Origin: a virus
Taxonomy: Duplodnaviria; Caudoviricetes
Strand: one strand, 5' to 3'
IMG/VR virus record: IMGVR_UViG_3300020044_002775
Coordinates: 1 to 26,152 of that record
Length of the DNA: 26,152 bases
The notes below the pieces were generated by a model. That model saw only the letters and a program-made list of their open reading frames with translations. It was not told where the DNA came from and made no database searches. A program made the translations under genes and the position numbers. Numbering within the stretch: position 1 is the first letter of the stretch; each line of letters starts with the position of its first letter. This document shows, one piece after another, positions 1 to 8,710 of this stretch.

Positions 1-456
1 CATACGATTGCGACGGTTGGCGCAGAAACTACTGGCGGCGGTCTTGAGCGCGAAGATTTGGTTGCAATGGCTAATGCGCTTCCCGCTCAGTATTGGTATC
101 TGCCTGGCACCGCATGGATGATGCATCCGTCAGCAATTGTTGCGCTGCGGAATTATGCTCACGGCGGCGCAGGTTATTCGTTTGTTGAGATTGGCGAGAA
201 CGGCGAAGGCCCGCTGGTCAATGTGTTTGGTTTCCCGGTAATCCCCAACCCGTATCTAGATGTTTGGGGTACTGTTGGATGCAAGTCTATTTACCTTGCG
301 AACTGGCCGCGATTCCTGAGCATTGCTGACGTTGAGGAAATGACTATTCAAATGATGGAACAAACTGCGCCAGGTTTCATTACCATGTTTGCGCAAAAGC
401 GGATGGTCTCGACCGTTCGCGATCCGTTTGCTGGTGTTCGCGCTATTGGTGTTTGA
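1..456 (+). CDS. Major capsid protein, HK97 fold (C-terminal part, 5' truncated by window)
   Basis: Frame open from base 1. WMMHP...VFGFPVIPNPYLD...IYLANW...ITMFAQKRMVSTVRDPFA matches the C-terminal pattern of HK97-family capsids, and head-tail connector genes follow. Confidence 0.85.
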   Translation, partial: HTIATVGAETTGGGLEREDLVAMANALPAQYWYLPGTAWMMHPSAIVALRNYAHGGAGYSFVEIGENGEGPLVNVFGFPVIPNPYLDVWGTVGCKSIYLANWPRFLSIADVEEMTIQMMEQTAPGFITMFAQKRMVSTVRDPFAGVRAIGV

Positions 457-458
457 TT

Positions 459-1133
459 ATGGCGTTTGATAATCTAATTTCCAGCGGTTACCCTTACGGC
501 GCGTCAAGCCGTAATCCGTTTAATTATGTCAAGTTTGAGCAAATCAATCGTGACGTAACTACGGCATGGTTGACTTTGGAGGAAATGACTCAGCAGTTAA
601 ACCTGTTTGACGATGAAAGCCAGGATTCGTATATTACGTCTCTCGGGCTTGCGACCAGGTTTGCTATTGAAGATTATCTAGGTCTTTCAATCTTTGCGAC
701 GCAATATCGGGTTTGGTATAGCCCGATCGGGTTGATTACGTCGCCGGTATCGCTGGACTTACCTGAAGTAAGCCAAAATTCTAGTCCGTCGCTTGCGGGC
801 GTTACAATTAACAGCGTAGGTTACTGGAATGAAAATAGTCCTAGCACGTTTACAACAATTGCGTCAGGCAATTATTCGTATGATGCGTCGGGTAACAAAG
901 TAATCATGAGCGAGTTGCCGTCAGACATCAATACGTTTATGACGGCTCCGATTGTTGTTGAATACACTACCGCTGCAAGCCCAATTCAAACTTACCCGGT
1001 TGTCAAACAGGCTGCGCTATTGTTGCTGACGCATTTGTATAATCAGCGGTCAAACAGCACCGAAACGCAGTTAAAGAACATTCCGTTTGGCGTTGAGACT
1101 TTGCTTCGGCCATATAAGCCGTTGGTGATGTAA
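459..1133 (+). CDS. Head-tail connector protein (HK97 gp6 / SPP1 gp15-like)
   Basis: LTLEEMTQQLNL...DDESQDSYI near the N-terminus and VVKQAALLLLTHLYNQR...IPFGVETLLRPYK at the C-terminus. Directly after the capsid gene; ATG at 459. Confidence 0.85.
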   Translation: MAFDNLISSGYPYGASSRNPFNYVKFEQINRDVTTAWLTLEEMTQQLNLFDDESQDSYITSLGLATRFAIEDYLGLSIFATQYRVWYSPIGLITSPVSLDLPEVSQNSSPSLAGVTINSVGYWNENSPSTFTTIASGNYSYDASGNKVIMSELPSDINTFMTAPIVVEYTTAASPIQTYPVVKQAALLLLTHLYNQRSNSTETQLKNIPFGVETLLRPYKPLVM

Positions 1134-1477
1134 TGGCCATTGCGCGTTTTGAGAATATTGCCGTCAACAATCTGACTTTTGGGGTCAGTGCGTTTGGCGA
1201 GCAATCAACGACGCAAACTAAATGGTTTGATACTAGAGCCAGAGTTTCATCTGTTGCAAACAGTCTAAAGATTGCTGACAGATACCGGCTGTATCAAGAC
1301 ATGATCAATTTTACTTTGAATTATACGCCAAGCATAAAACTAATGGTTGATCGTCAAGATTTGTATTCGATCACTTGGCGCGGCAATGACTGGAGGATTG
1401 ATAACATTCGGGAAGCTGACGATCGTATGTCAGTGCTTATTCTTTGTTATCGTTCTGATCCTGTTACGGCGGTTTAA
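1133..1477 (+). CDS. Head closure / head-tail adaptor (SPP1 gp16-like)
   Basis: 114 aa, TAATG overlap with the previous gene, beta-rich ITWRGNDWRIDNI pattern, expected synteny. Confidence 0.7.
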   Translation: MAIARFENIAVNNLTFGVSAFGEQSTTQTKWFDTRARVSSVANSLKIADRYRLYQDMINFTLNYTPSIKLMVDRQDLYSITWRGNDWRIDNIREADDRMSVLILCYRSDPVTAV

Positions 1478-1894
1478 ATGGCGCAACTCAATCCGGTTGA
1501 TTACGCAAAGGCGATTCAGTATCAACTGGCTAACATTGTTACGCCGGTTCCTGTTTACGCTGCGTTCAATCGTAACTTTGCGACTCAGCCTAAGTTTATA
1601 ACTTGGATGCTGCGCAATGTGCATCAGCCTGTCTACACTGGTCCGGTGCAAAGTGTGAAAGGTATTGATACGCCTGTATTCCAGATTTCTATCTTTACCC
1701 AAGCAATTGAAGATGGGTTTACAATCTCGAACCAGGTATTGCAAGCTCTGCACGGATATAGTGGAGTGTTTGGAGGGCCGACTTATGGATTCGGCATATC
1801 CAAAGCTGACGTTTTCTGGTTGTATAATAGTTACAACAACGAAGAAAAGATGGCGCAGATTTATCTAGACTGCACGTTGTATATCCCAACATAA
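1478..1894 (+). CDS. Tail completion/terminator protein (gp17-like)
   Basis: 138 aa, PVFQISIF...QVLQALHGYSG motif, immediately upstream of the tail tube genes. Confidence 0.7.
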   Translation: MAQLNPVDYAKAIQYQLANIVTPVPVYAAFNRNFATQPKFITWMLRNVHQPVYTGPVQSVKGIDTPVFQISIFTQAIEDGFTISNQVLQALHGYSGVFGGPTYGFGISKADVFWLYNSYNNEEKMAQIYLDCTLYIPT

Positions 1895-1923
1895 GATTTT
1901 TACTTATCTTAAAGGAATGAAAA

Positions 1924-2427
1924 ATGGCTCTGCCAAGTAAAGTTTTGCCGGGATTTACCGCTGCGCTCTATGCTCAACCGACTGCATCCCCTACTCCTTT
2001 GACCCTTGCCCAACTGTCGCTGGTTGCCAGCGTTTCGCCGATTGCCGTGGTCGGCAACCTAGTGCCGGTGGAAGCCATCCCAGCCTTTGGTCAGGACGAT
2101 GCTGTTGCTAGCTTTACCGTCGCCGGTTCGCGGCAGTCGGATAAGATCCCTGCGCAGTCTGCGCCTACCAGCATGACGATTACTGCCGCATGGAATCCTT
2201 CCGATGCTGCGCTGCTGCTGATTCGAGGCGACGCAACTAGCGGCGTTGTGGATCGTACGTACGTTATTGCCGCCAGCGACAATGCTACGGTTCCCAATAT
2301 CATTTACTACGCCTTCAATGCTCGCGCTAGTCAGTTCCAGATTGATGCTGCGCCTGGTGCTGAAGCTAAATGTATGTTCAGCCTGCACCCGCGTGGCAAT
2401 CTGTATGGCTGGTCTAACAACGCCTAA
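1924..2427 (+). CDS. Major tail (tube) protein, copy 1
   Basis: Strong RBS (AAAGGA), 167 aa Ala/Thr-rich beta protein in the tail-tube position, paralogous to the next ORF. Confidence 0.7.
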   Translation: MALPSKVLPGFTAALYAQPTASPTPLTLAQLSLVASVSPIAVVGNLVPVEAIPAFGQDDAVASFTVAGSRQSDKIPAQSAPTSMTITAAWNPSDAALLLIRGDATSGVVDRTYVIAASDNATVPNIIYYAFNARASQFQIDAAPGAEAKCMFSLHPRGNLYGWSNNA

Positions 2428-2441
2428 TTGGAGTAATTACT

Positions 2442-2960
2442 ATGGCTATTCCGAATAAAGTTTTGCCTGGGTTTGCCGCTTCAATGTGGCTTCAAACTGG
2501 CGCTACGCCGACGGTCCTGACTACTGCCAACTTGTCTGTTTGGTCGGCTCAGGTTGCGACGATTGTTGGCACCGCTGCCAACGGCACGGGAACTGCAGGA
2601 ACGCAGCTGAACGTCGAGGCGGTGCCTGCATTTGGGCAGGATGATGCGGTCGCTAGCTTTAGCGTTGCCGGTTCGCGGCAATCGGACAAAATCCCGGCAC
2701 AATCGGCGCCGACTAGCCTGACTATTACGGCTGCGTGGAATCCTGCTGATACTGGTTTGCTGCTTATCCGAGCAGATGCTTATAGCGGCGTTGTGGATCG
2801 AACCTACGTTGTTGCGGCGACTGAAGGAACCAATACCATTGCCTACGCTTTTAACGCTCGGGCCAGTCAGTTCCAGATTGACGCGGCACCAGGCGCGGAA
2901 GCGAAGTGCACGTTTACTCTGCACCCGCGTGGCAATCAATACGGCTGGAGCAATAGCTAA
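2442..2960 (+). CDS. Major tail (tube) protein, copy 2
   Basis: Own RBS (GGAG). Shares PAFGQDDAVASF.VAGSRQSDKIPAQSAPTS and YAFNARASQFQIDAAPGAEAKC...LHPRGN.YGWSN with copy 1. Confidence 0.7.
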   Translation: MAIPNKVLPGFAASMWLQTGATPTVLTTANLSVWSAQVATIVGTAANGTGTAGTQLNVEAVPAFGQDDAVASFSVAGSRQSDKIPAQSAPTSLTITAAWNPADTGLLLIRADAYSGVVDRTYVVAATEGTNTIAYAFNARASQFQIDAAPGAEAKCTFTLHPRGNQYGWSNS

Positions 2961-3142
2961 TGGATGATCTCGACTCTACTGTAGAGTTTTTGGTCGGTGT
3001 AAAGGGTGATCTAAAACTGGCCTGTCGAGGGCTGGTTTTGGACCCGCAGGAAGTGGCCGATTCGCTTGAGTTGGCTGACCCTGACACTGCGGAACAAATG
3101 GTTCTTCAATTGCTTGCAGAGATGTTTCCAGTAAAAGAGTGA
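2960..3142 (+). CDS. Hypothetical acidic protein (60 aa)
   Basis: TAATG coupling to the upstream gene; fills the operon without a gap. Confidence 0.6.
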   Translation: MDDLDSTVEFLVGVKGDLKLACRGLVLDPQEVADSLELADPDTAEQMVLQLLAEMFPVKE

Positions 3143-3143
3143 A

Positions 3144-3368
3144 ATGACAACGACAATACAAAACAATAATGACTTGCTCGGATACCTAATCAATCAAGCA
3201 GAGCACCGCAAAGATTGGTTCGGGTTTCCGCAGCAACGTCTGACGGCTGTTTCTTTGGCGCATGATATTGCCAAGCACCATGCTAATACCATGACGCCAG
3301 AAGAAGTAGTCGATTATGCGGTTGATCTAAACGAAGCCATTTACCATAAGATTATTAAAAAAGGCTAG
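3144..3368 (+). CDS. Hypothetical protein (74 aa)
   Basis: Tightly packed, co-oriented ORF with 1-2 nt gaps on either side. Confidence 0.65.
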   Translation: MTTTIQNNNDLLGYLINQAEHRKDWFGFPQQRLTAVSLAHDIAKHHANTMTPEEVVDYAVDLNEAIYHKIIKKG

Positions 3369-3370
3369 CA

Positions 3371-3913
3371 ATGTCTGTCTCTATAAAGTTGGAAGGACTT
3401 GGAGACGTTGACCAAATGTTAAGGCAGTTGGAATCGGAAATTGGCGATAAAGCTGCAAGAAGCAAGATTTTAATTCCAGCAGTTAGAGAAGCAATGCTTC
3501 CCGTGCTGTCATCTGCACAAGCAGATGCGCCAATTGATACTGGCGGACTAAAGCTATCTTTGCAAATAAATGCAAGAAGGCCAAACGCAAAAGATAGACG
3601 ATCAAAATACGTTACAAGAACAGACACAGTAATCGCTGTTGTCACAACTGCTTCAGGCGCTAAACTTAAAAAAATGTCTGAAGCTGAAAACATTTCCAAA
3701 TCAAGACGCAAACTTAATAAACTAGGCGTTAATTCCGAATCGTTTTTTGGAATTAAAAGCGACGCTAGGGCTATTGCTCAAGAGTTTGGTTCTGCTAGAA
3801 ATCCTGCGCATCCATATCTTCGGCCTGCATTAGAAAAAAATGCGGCTAATGTTGTGGAAAAACTTGCGCAAATTTTGTTTAGACGTATAGAAAACTTTAG
3901 GAAAAAACAATGA
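3371..3913 (+). CDS. HK97 gp10-family tail/neck component
   Basis: MSVSIKLEGL N-terminus, APIDTGGLKLS and AQEFGSARNPAHPYLRPAL motifs typical of the HK97 gp10 family. Confidence 0.85.
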   Translation: MSVSIKLEGLGDVDQMLRQLESEIGDKAARSKILIPAVREAMLPVLSSAQADAPIDTGGLKLSLQINARRPNAKDRRSKYVTRTDTVIAVVTTASGAKLKKMSEAENISKSRRKLNKLGVNSESFFGIKSDARAIAQEFGSARNPAHPYLRPALEKNAANVVEKLAQILFRRIENFRKKQ

Positions 3914-4392
3914 CAAAAATTGTATCTTTGCTTGGCAATGAATATCAAATCAAACGAAAAGAATTGTCTATTCGAGAATTTGATTTGAATGGCTTTAAAT
4001 TTAAAGTAAAAATTCCGCTGGTAATTGAATCTGATTTGATTTATAAAAAGATTTCTAATCAGCCAGAAGAAAAAGTCAACGAACTATTTTTGAAACTTTC
4101 AGAGCCGTTGCAGAAATTTAAAGACCTTGAAGATTCTTCTATTTCGTTTGAAAATGAAGATGTAAAGGTTGAAGGCAAATCATTAAAAGAAGCAGCAAAA
4201 CTTCAATTAATGACGCAAACTCGAATTACAGAATATATTAAACTGCTTGTGCCTGCAGATGAAAATAGTTCTATGCAAGATATTACTTATGAGGATATTT
4301 CTGCTGAGTGGCCTTTGTCCGTACAATTGGCGCTAGTGGAAAAAATTGGCGAAGTAATTTCACCAACTTATAAGGAAGCAAGGGGAAACTGA
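3910..4392 (+). CDS. Tail assembly chaperone (lambda G-like)
   Basis: Lies two ORFs upstream of the tape measure gene and ends in the slippery heptamer G GGA AAC just before TGA. Confidence 0.75.
   Translation: MTKIVSLLGNEYQIKRKELSIREFDLNGFKFKVKIPLVIESDLIYKKISNQPEEKVNELFLKLSEPLQKFKDLEDSSISFENEDVKVEGKSLKEAAKLQLMTQTRITEYIKLLVPADENSSMQDITYEDISAEWPLSVQLALVEKIGEVISPTYKEARGN
4383..4389 (+). other. Programmed -1 ribosomal frameshift site (GGGAAAC)
   Basis: X XXY YYZ heptamer in the correct phase (G GGA AAC TGA). The -1 frame is open from 4383 to 4754. Confidence 0.85.
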
Positions 4393-4754
4393 TTAGCTCA
4401 TTAAGGACGCAAGTAGAAACTGCGCTTGTCTTTAATGGGCACACACAAGAAACAATTGGCGCAATTGATAGTGAGACAATGGCTAGAATTCAAACCATGT
4501 ACGCTGACGGCATAATTGGCAATCATGGTTTAATAAATCAAATGTCCAAATTAGTTAGCATTGTTTTGAACTATATAAGGCAACCTGGCTCTGCGCCTTA
4601 TACGCAAGAAAAGATTCTTGGTTCCGCTTCTGATTATTTATTTCCGCCTGCAACTGAAGTAGAAGCAAAAGCAAATATAAACGAAAAATTGCTTTCGTTT
4701 ATTAGTCAAGCCCCAGGCTTTAATAAAGAACTATTCGAGAAAAAACATGGCTAA
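4389..4754 (+). CDS. Tail assembly chaperone frameshift extension (lambda T-like part of G-T fusion)
   Basis: The -1 frame reads LISSLRTQVETALVFNGHTQETIGAIDSET and runs into the listed ORF 4479..4754, which overlaps the tape measure start. Confidence 0.75.
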   Translation: MISSLRTQVETALVFNGHTQETIGAIDSETMARIQTMYADGIIGNHGLINQMSKLVSIVLNYIRQPGSAPYTQEKILGSASDYLFPPATEVEAKANINEKLLSFISQAPGFNKELFEKKHG

Positions 4755-6942
4755 TATCGTTTCTAGATTAGGTGTTTTGCTTGGGCTTGATAGTGCTGAG
4801 TTTGTTCGAGGTATTGACGCGGCAAGCAGAAAATTAGCAGACTTTTCTAATGCAGTTGAAAAGAATGGGAAAATTGCTGTTGTTGCTTTTTCTGCTGCAA
4901 CTGTTCAAGCCGTTAGAATGGCAGATGAAATTGCTGATGTAGCAAAAGCAAATGATCTTGCAATTGATTCTGTATTAAAACTTTCTAATGCTTTAATGGT
5001 TTCCGGCGGCGAATATGAAAACGCAGGAAAGCTAATTTCTTCGTTTACAAATTATGTAGACAAAGCCGCAGGCGGTTCGTTTGAAGCGCAAAAAAAGTTT
5101 GCTGATCTTGGTATTTCGCTAAAAGATCTTGAGACTTTGGATCAGCAGGAGTTGTTTAACAAAACAATTCAAAGCCTTGCAAATATGCAAGATCCAATTA
5201 CCCGAAACGCCATGGCAATGGATGTTTTGGGTAAAGCGGCGAAAGGGGTTGATTGGACATCTGTTGCAGATGAAATTCAAAACACTACATCAAAAAACAA
5301 AGAACAAGAACAGGCAATTAAAGACGCTGCTGATGCTTATGATGAAATTCAAAAAGCGGCGTATCAATTTGGTATTACTTTAGCTCAAAGTGTTGGGCCT
5401 CAAATCAAAACCATAATTGATTATATTAAAACCTTTAATTCAGAAACATCTGTGCTTGGTGTTGTAATCAAAACTGTATTTGAAACTATTGCTGTTGTTG
5501 GCGCAAATGTTGCGTACACTTTTCAAACAATTGCATTGAATATAGAAGCGGCATTTAAAGCGTCAGGCGCTGCGCTAAAAGGAGAGTTTGCTTTAGCCGG
5601 GCAAATTCTAGGAGAAAACGAAGTAAGAATTAAAAAAAATCTTGAGCTTTTAAATTCTTTTCAAAATAAAGTCTTGGGAATTAAATCTGCTCCTAGTGAT
5701 AAATCTTTTCTTTACGGCGAAGGTTATGGAACTTCTGAGGTTGATAGTTCTGTAAAAAGAAAAGTAACGTTAGGCGAAGATACAAAAGGCAAATCAGAAA
5801 GAAAAGAACTGCAAAAAAGAGAAGAAGAAATTGCAATTCAAAGAATGCGTAATGCAATTGCTAATGAAAAAACTTTTGCAACTGAAATATCAAAAATAGA
5901 ACTTGAAGCAAAAGAAAAACTTGCAATCGCCAAGCAAAAAATGGATAGCGATAATATTGTTGAAAACAATAAATTTGCAAAACAAAATCTTGAACTATAT
6001 CAACAAACAGAAATTGCAATCAATTTAGAATCCGCTCAAAAAATAAAAGATATTCGCGCTCGCAACAATGCGGATATGGCAAAAGCTGATTTGGACTATC
6101 TTGATGAAATCACTAAATTTCTTGCTGATAGGGAAAATGCTTTTGGAAGCGCGTTGCTCAATCAATCTAAAACAATTGAGTTAGAAAACATTTCCCTTGG
6201 TTTTGCAAAACAAAAACTAGAAGCGCAAAACGAAATGCGATTTGCGACTGACAAAGAATTAAAACTTGCAATGTTGCGTTTGGATACAGAAGAAAAAATT
6301 GCCCGTTACAAATTAGATAAAACTTTGGATGACAAAGGCCGAGAATCTATTATTCAACAATTGCGAGAACAAGAACAAATTAAAGCGGCATCGATTGAAA
6401 CTGAAGATAGATATACAAAAATTGGCCAAGTGTGGGATTCGGTTACCGACAACATGACGCAGGCGTTGGATAACTTTGTCAGAACTGGAAAGCTAAACTT
6501 TAAAGACTTTGCCCGCAGCGTCATTCAAGACTTGATTGCAATCCAGCTTAAAGCGCAGGCAACATCATTGCTGCGTATGGCAATTGGTGCGTTTGGAAAT
6601 ATGTCTTTTGGGACTGGCGCAGGGTATGGCAGTCAAGATTTTGGCGGCTTTTTGGATAGCACTTCTATTGCCACTAGAGCAGAAGGCGGCCCGCTAGAAT
6701 CTGGTCAACTATCAATGGTTGGCGAGCGCGGTCCTGAACTGTTTGTTCCTCGATCTGCGGGCACAATTGTTCCTAACAATGCTTTGTCAGGCATGGGGTC
6801 AACCACAAACGTGACCAACAATTACATCAGCGCCATTGATGTAAAATCGTTTGAGGAACGGCTGTACGGAAGCGCTAAAGCCATTTGGGCAGCAAACGCA
6901 TATGCGGCTAAAGGCCTGGCCACTTCGTCTGGGAGAGCGTAA
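4747..6942 (+). CDS. Tape measure protein (731 aa)
   Basis: N-terminal RLGVLLGLDSAEF, long helical Ala/Lys/Glu-rich body, lambda-like C-terminal FVRTGKLNFKDFARSVI and GGP...VGERGPELFVP. Confidence 0.9.
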   Translation: MANIVSRLGVLLGLDSAEFVRGIDAASRKLADFSNAVEKNGKIAVVAFSAATVQAVRMADEIADVAKANDLAIDSVLKLSNALMVSGGEYENAGKLISSFTNYVDKAAGGSFEAQKKFADLGISLKDLETLDQQELFNKTIQSLANMQDPITRNAMAMDVLGKAAKGVDWTSVADEIQNTTSKNKEQEQAIKDAADAYDEIQKAAYQFGITLAQSVGPQIKTIIDYIKTFNSETSVLGVVIKTVFETIAVVGANVAYTFQTIALNIEAAFKASGAALKGEFALAGQILGENEVRIKKNLELLNSFQNKVLGIKSAPSDKSFLYGEGYGTSEVDSSVKRKVTLGEDTKGKSERKELQKREEEIAIQRMRNAIANEKTFATEISKIELEAKEKLAIAKQKMDSDNIVENNKFAKQNLELYQQTEIAINLESAQKIKDIRARNNADMAKADLDYLDEITKFLADRENAFGSALLNQSKTIELENISLGFAKQKLEAQNEMRFATDKELKLAMLRLDTEEKIARYKLDKTLDDKGRESIIQQLREQEQIKAASIETEDRYTKIGQVWDSVTDNMTQALDNFVRTGKLNFKDFARSVIQDLIAIQLKAQATSLLRMAIGAFGNMSFGTGAGYGSQDFGGFLDSTSIATRAEGGPLESGQLSMVGERGPELFVPRSAGTIVPNNALSGMGSTTNVTNNYISAIDVKSFEERLYGSAKAIWAANAYAAKGLATSSGRA

Positions 6943-7592
6943 TGTCTTTTCAAACGATATTTGAAATTCAGCAGTCTATGTCTGTGAACAACAGGCGGAC
7001 GGTTGGTGAGCAGGTTAGTCGAGGCGGGCAGATTAGGACTGCAGGCTATCTGACTGCGGTTCCTTGGGTGTTTACGGTCACGCCGCACAATTACCTGTAC
7101 TACCCGCAGGTGCGTGATGTCATTCAGTCTATTGATAATTACGATAGAGAATATCCGCAGAACATTACGTTTAACACAACTCAACTATCCTGGTTTACGG
7201 CTTACAAAGGCGGGCTGTCGCTTGCGCAGGCTTCTGCATTGACGCTTGCATCAGTGCCTGCAGCGAATGCAACCGTCATCAGCGTTGGCAACTTGCCAGC
7301 AGTTGGAACAAGCGTTGTAGTGTTTGCTGCTGGTGACTTTCTGCAGCTGGGTGCGTATGTCTACAAAGTCGCTACAGCGGTCCTTAGAGGCGCCGGTTCT
7401 ACTGTGTCCGTCACTTTGCACCGTCCGGTCATTGGGGCGCCTGCTACGGGCACTCTGACGGCTGTAGGGGCATCTGTGTATTTCCCGGTCTATGCAGAAC
7501 AGTGTCCAACGTATACGCTTATGCCAATGACGGCTGGCGCGTTTGTGGCTTGGGATGGTCCGTTTGTCTTTAGGGAAAACATAGCACCATGA
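6942..7592 (+). CDS. Putative distal tail protein
   Basis: Directly follows the tape measure gene (TAATG overlap); beta-rich, with GDFLQLG..VYKV pattern. Confidence 0.6.
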   Translation: MSFQTIFEIQQSMSVNNRRTVGEQVSRGGQIRTAGYLTAVPWVFTVTPHNYLYYPQVRDVIQSIDNYDREYPQNITFNTTQLSWFTAYKGGLSLAQASALTLASVPAANATVISVGNLPAVGTSVVVFAAGDFLQLGAYVYKVATAVLRGAGSTVSVTLHRPVIGAPATGTLTAVGASVYFPVYAEQCPTYTLMPMTAGAFVAWDGPFVFRENIAP

Positions 7593-8272
7593 CTACAACA
7601 ATGGCGGCGCTGGCCGCAAACAATATCCGCCACGCGGAGTTTATTAAACTTTCTGTCGGTTCGACGCCGACTGTATATACGTTTTGCAATGCTGCTGCGC
7701 CAATCACTGTAAGCGGAACAACGTATTCCAATCTTGGCAGTCTGCTGATGCTTGGCGAAGTGCAGCAAGACATGAAAAACACTGCTGCTGATTTGACTAT
7801 CTCTTTGACTGGCATTGATCCCAACAATATTGCGCTGATGCTGTCCAGCAATATTAAGGGCAGTCTAGTAGAAGTATGGCGCGGCTTTCTTAATACAAAC
7901 AATCAAATCATTACAACGCCGACAACGCAGTTTTTTAAACGCTACACCGGCATTATAAATAACGTCAGCATTACAGAAAAGTTTGATGATAAGGCTAGGA
8001 CTCGGGTTGCCACCTGTTCCATTTCTTGCTGTTCCATGCGCAAGATATTGGAATCTAGAATTGGCGGCATGAAAACAAATCAGAAAAGCTGGCAGTTTGT
8101 ATATTCTGGTGATACGTCAATGAATCGAGTTGGTGTAATCAGCAATCAGTATTTTGATTTTGGCAAGCCTCCGCAGTCTGGTAGTGTTTCTGATCCAAAC
8201 ACTAATCCTAATTCTGGCGAGTATTCTGGGACGCCTGCCAATCAAACCGGACTTGATGGGGGTGGAGGTTGA
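7589..8272 (+). CDS. Minor tail protein (tail tip/hub component)
   Basis: ATGA overlap. YSNLGSLLMLGEV...LTISLTGID...VEVWRGF...Q..YSGD pattern seen in siphovirus minor tail proteins. Confidence 0.65.
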   Translation: MTTTMAALAANNIRHAEFIKLSVGSTPTVYTFCNAAAPITVSGTTYSNLGSLLMLGEVQQDMKNTAADLTISLTGIDPNNIALMLSSNIKGSLVEVWRGFLNTNNQIITTPTTQFFKRYTGIINNVSITEKFDDKARTRVATCSISCCSMRKILESRIGGMKTNQKSWQFVYSGDTSMNRVGVISNQYFDFGKPPQSGSVSDPNTNPNSGEYSGTPANQTGLDGGGG

Positions 8273-8709
8273 TTCGGCTAGCAAACAAGTATGACTTGAA
8301 TGCTTGCGTAGAAATGATGCGTCAATATTCTTTTGAATCAGGTATTGATGCTTTATCAGATACAACAGCACACAATTCAGAATATGTATCAAATTTGCTC
8401 TTGTCATTGATTTGTGGCCGGGGCTTTATTTTTATTGATGACCAGCATAGAGGCATGATTGCAGGCATCATTACGCCTAACATCTGGTGTAATTCGGTTA
8501 TGGAATTGCGGGAGTTGGCCTGGTGGATTCATCCAGACTTTAGAAACAAAACAATTGGCGGCAAGTTGTTTTTGGCGTTTAACAAAAAAGCAGATGAGTT
8601 GATAAAACAGAACAGGGTAAAACTTGTTTATATGTCATTGATGAAAAACAGCACAGTTCAATCATTGCCTGGTTACAGAATGATTGACTCAACTTTTATC
8701 AAGGTTTGA
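8269..8709 (+). CDS. GNAT-family acetyltransferase-like protein
   Basis: MIRLA..D start and acetyl-CoA motif A-like WWIHPDFRNKTIGGKL; 146 aa; TTG start overlapping the upstream stop. Confidence 0.7.
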   Translation: MIRLANKYDLNACVEMMRQYSFESGIDALSDTTAHNSEYVSNLLLSLICGRGFIFIDDQHRGMIAGIITPNIWCNSVMELRELAWWIHPDFRNKTIGGKLFLAFNKKADELIKQNRVKLVYMSLMKNSTVQSLPGYRMIDSTFIKV

Positions 8710-8710
8710 T

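Noticed and set aside
2400-2445. Frameshift or readthrough fusion of the two tube genes
   Set aside because: No slippery heptamer before the TAA, and the second gene has its own RBS and ATG.
2059-2939. Paired antisense ORFs (2059..2388, 2481..2939)
   Set aside because: Shadow frames of the duplicated tail-tube genes; their similarity follows from the sense-strand duplication.
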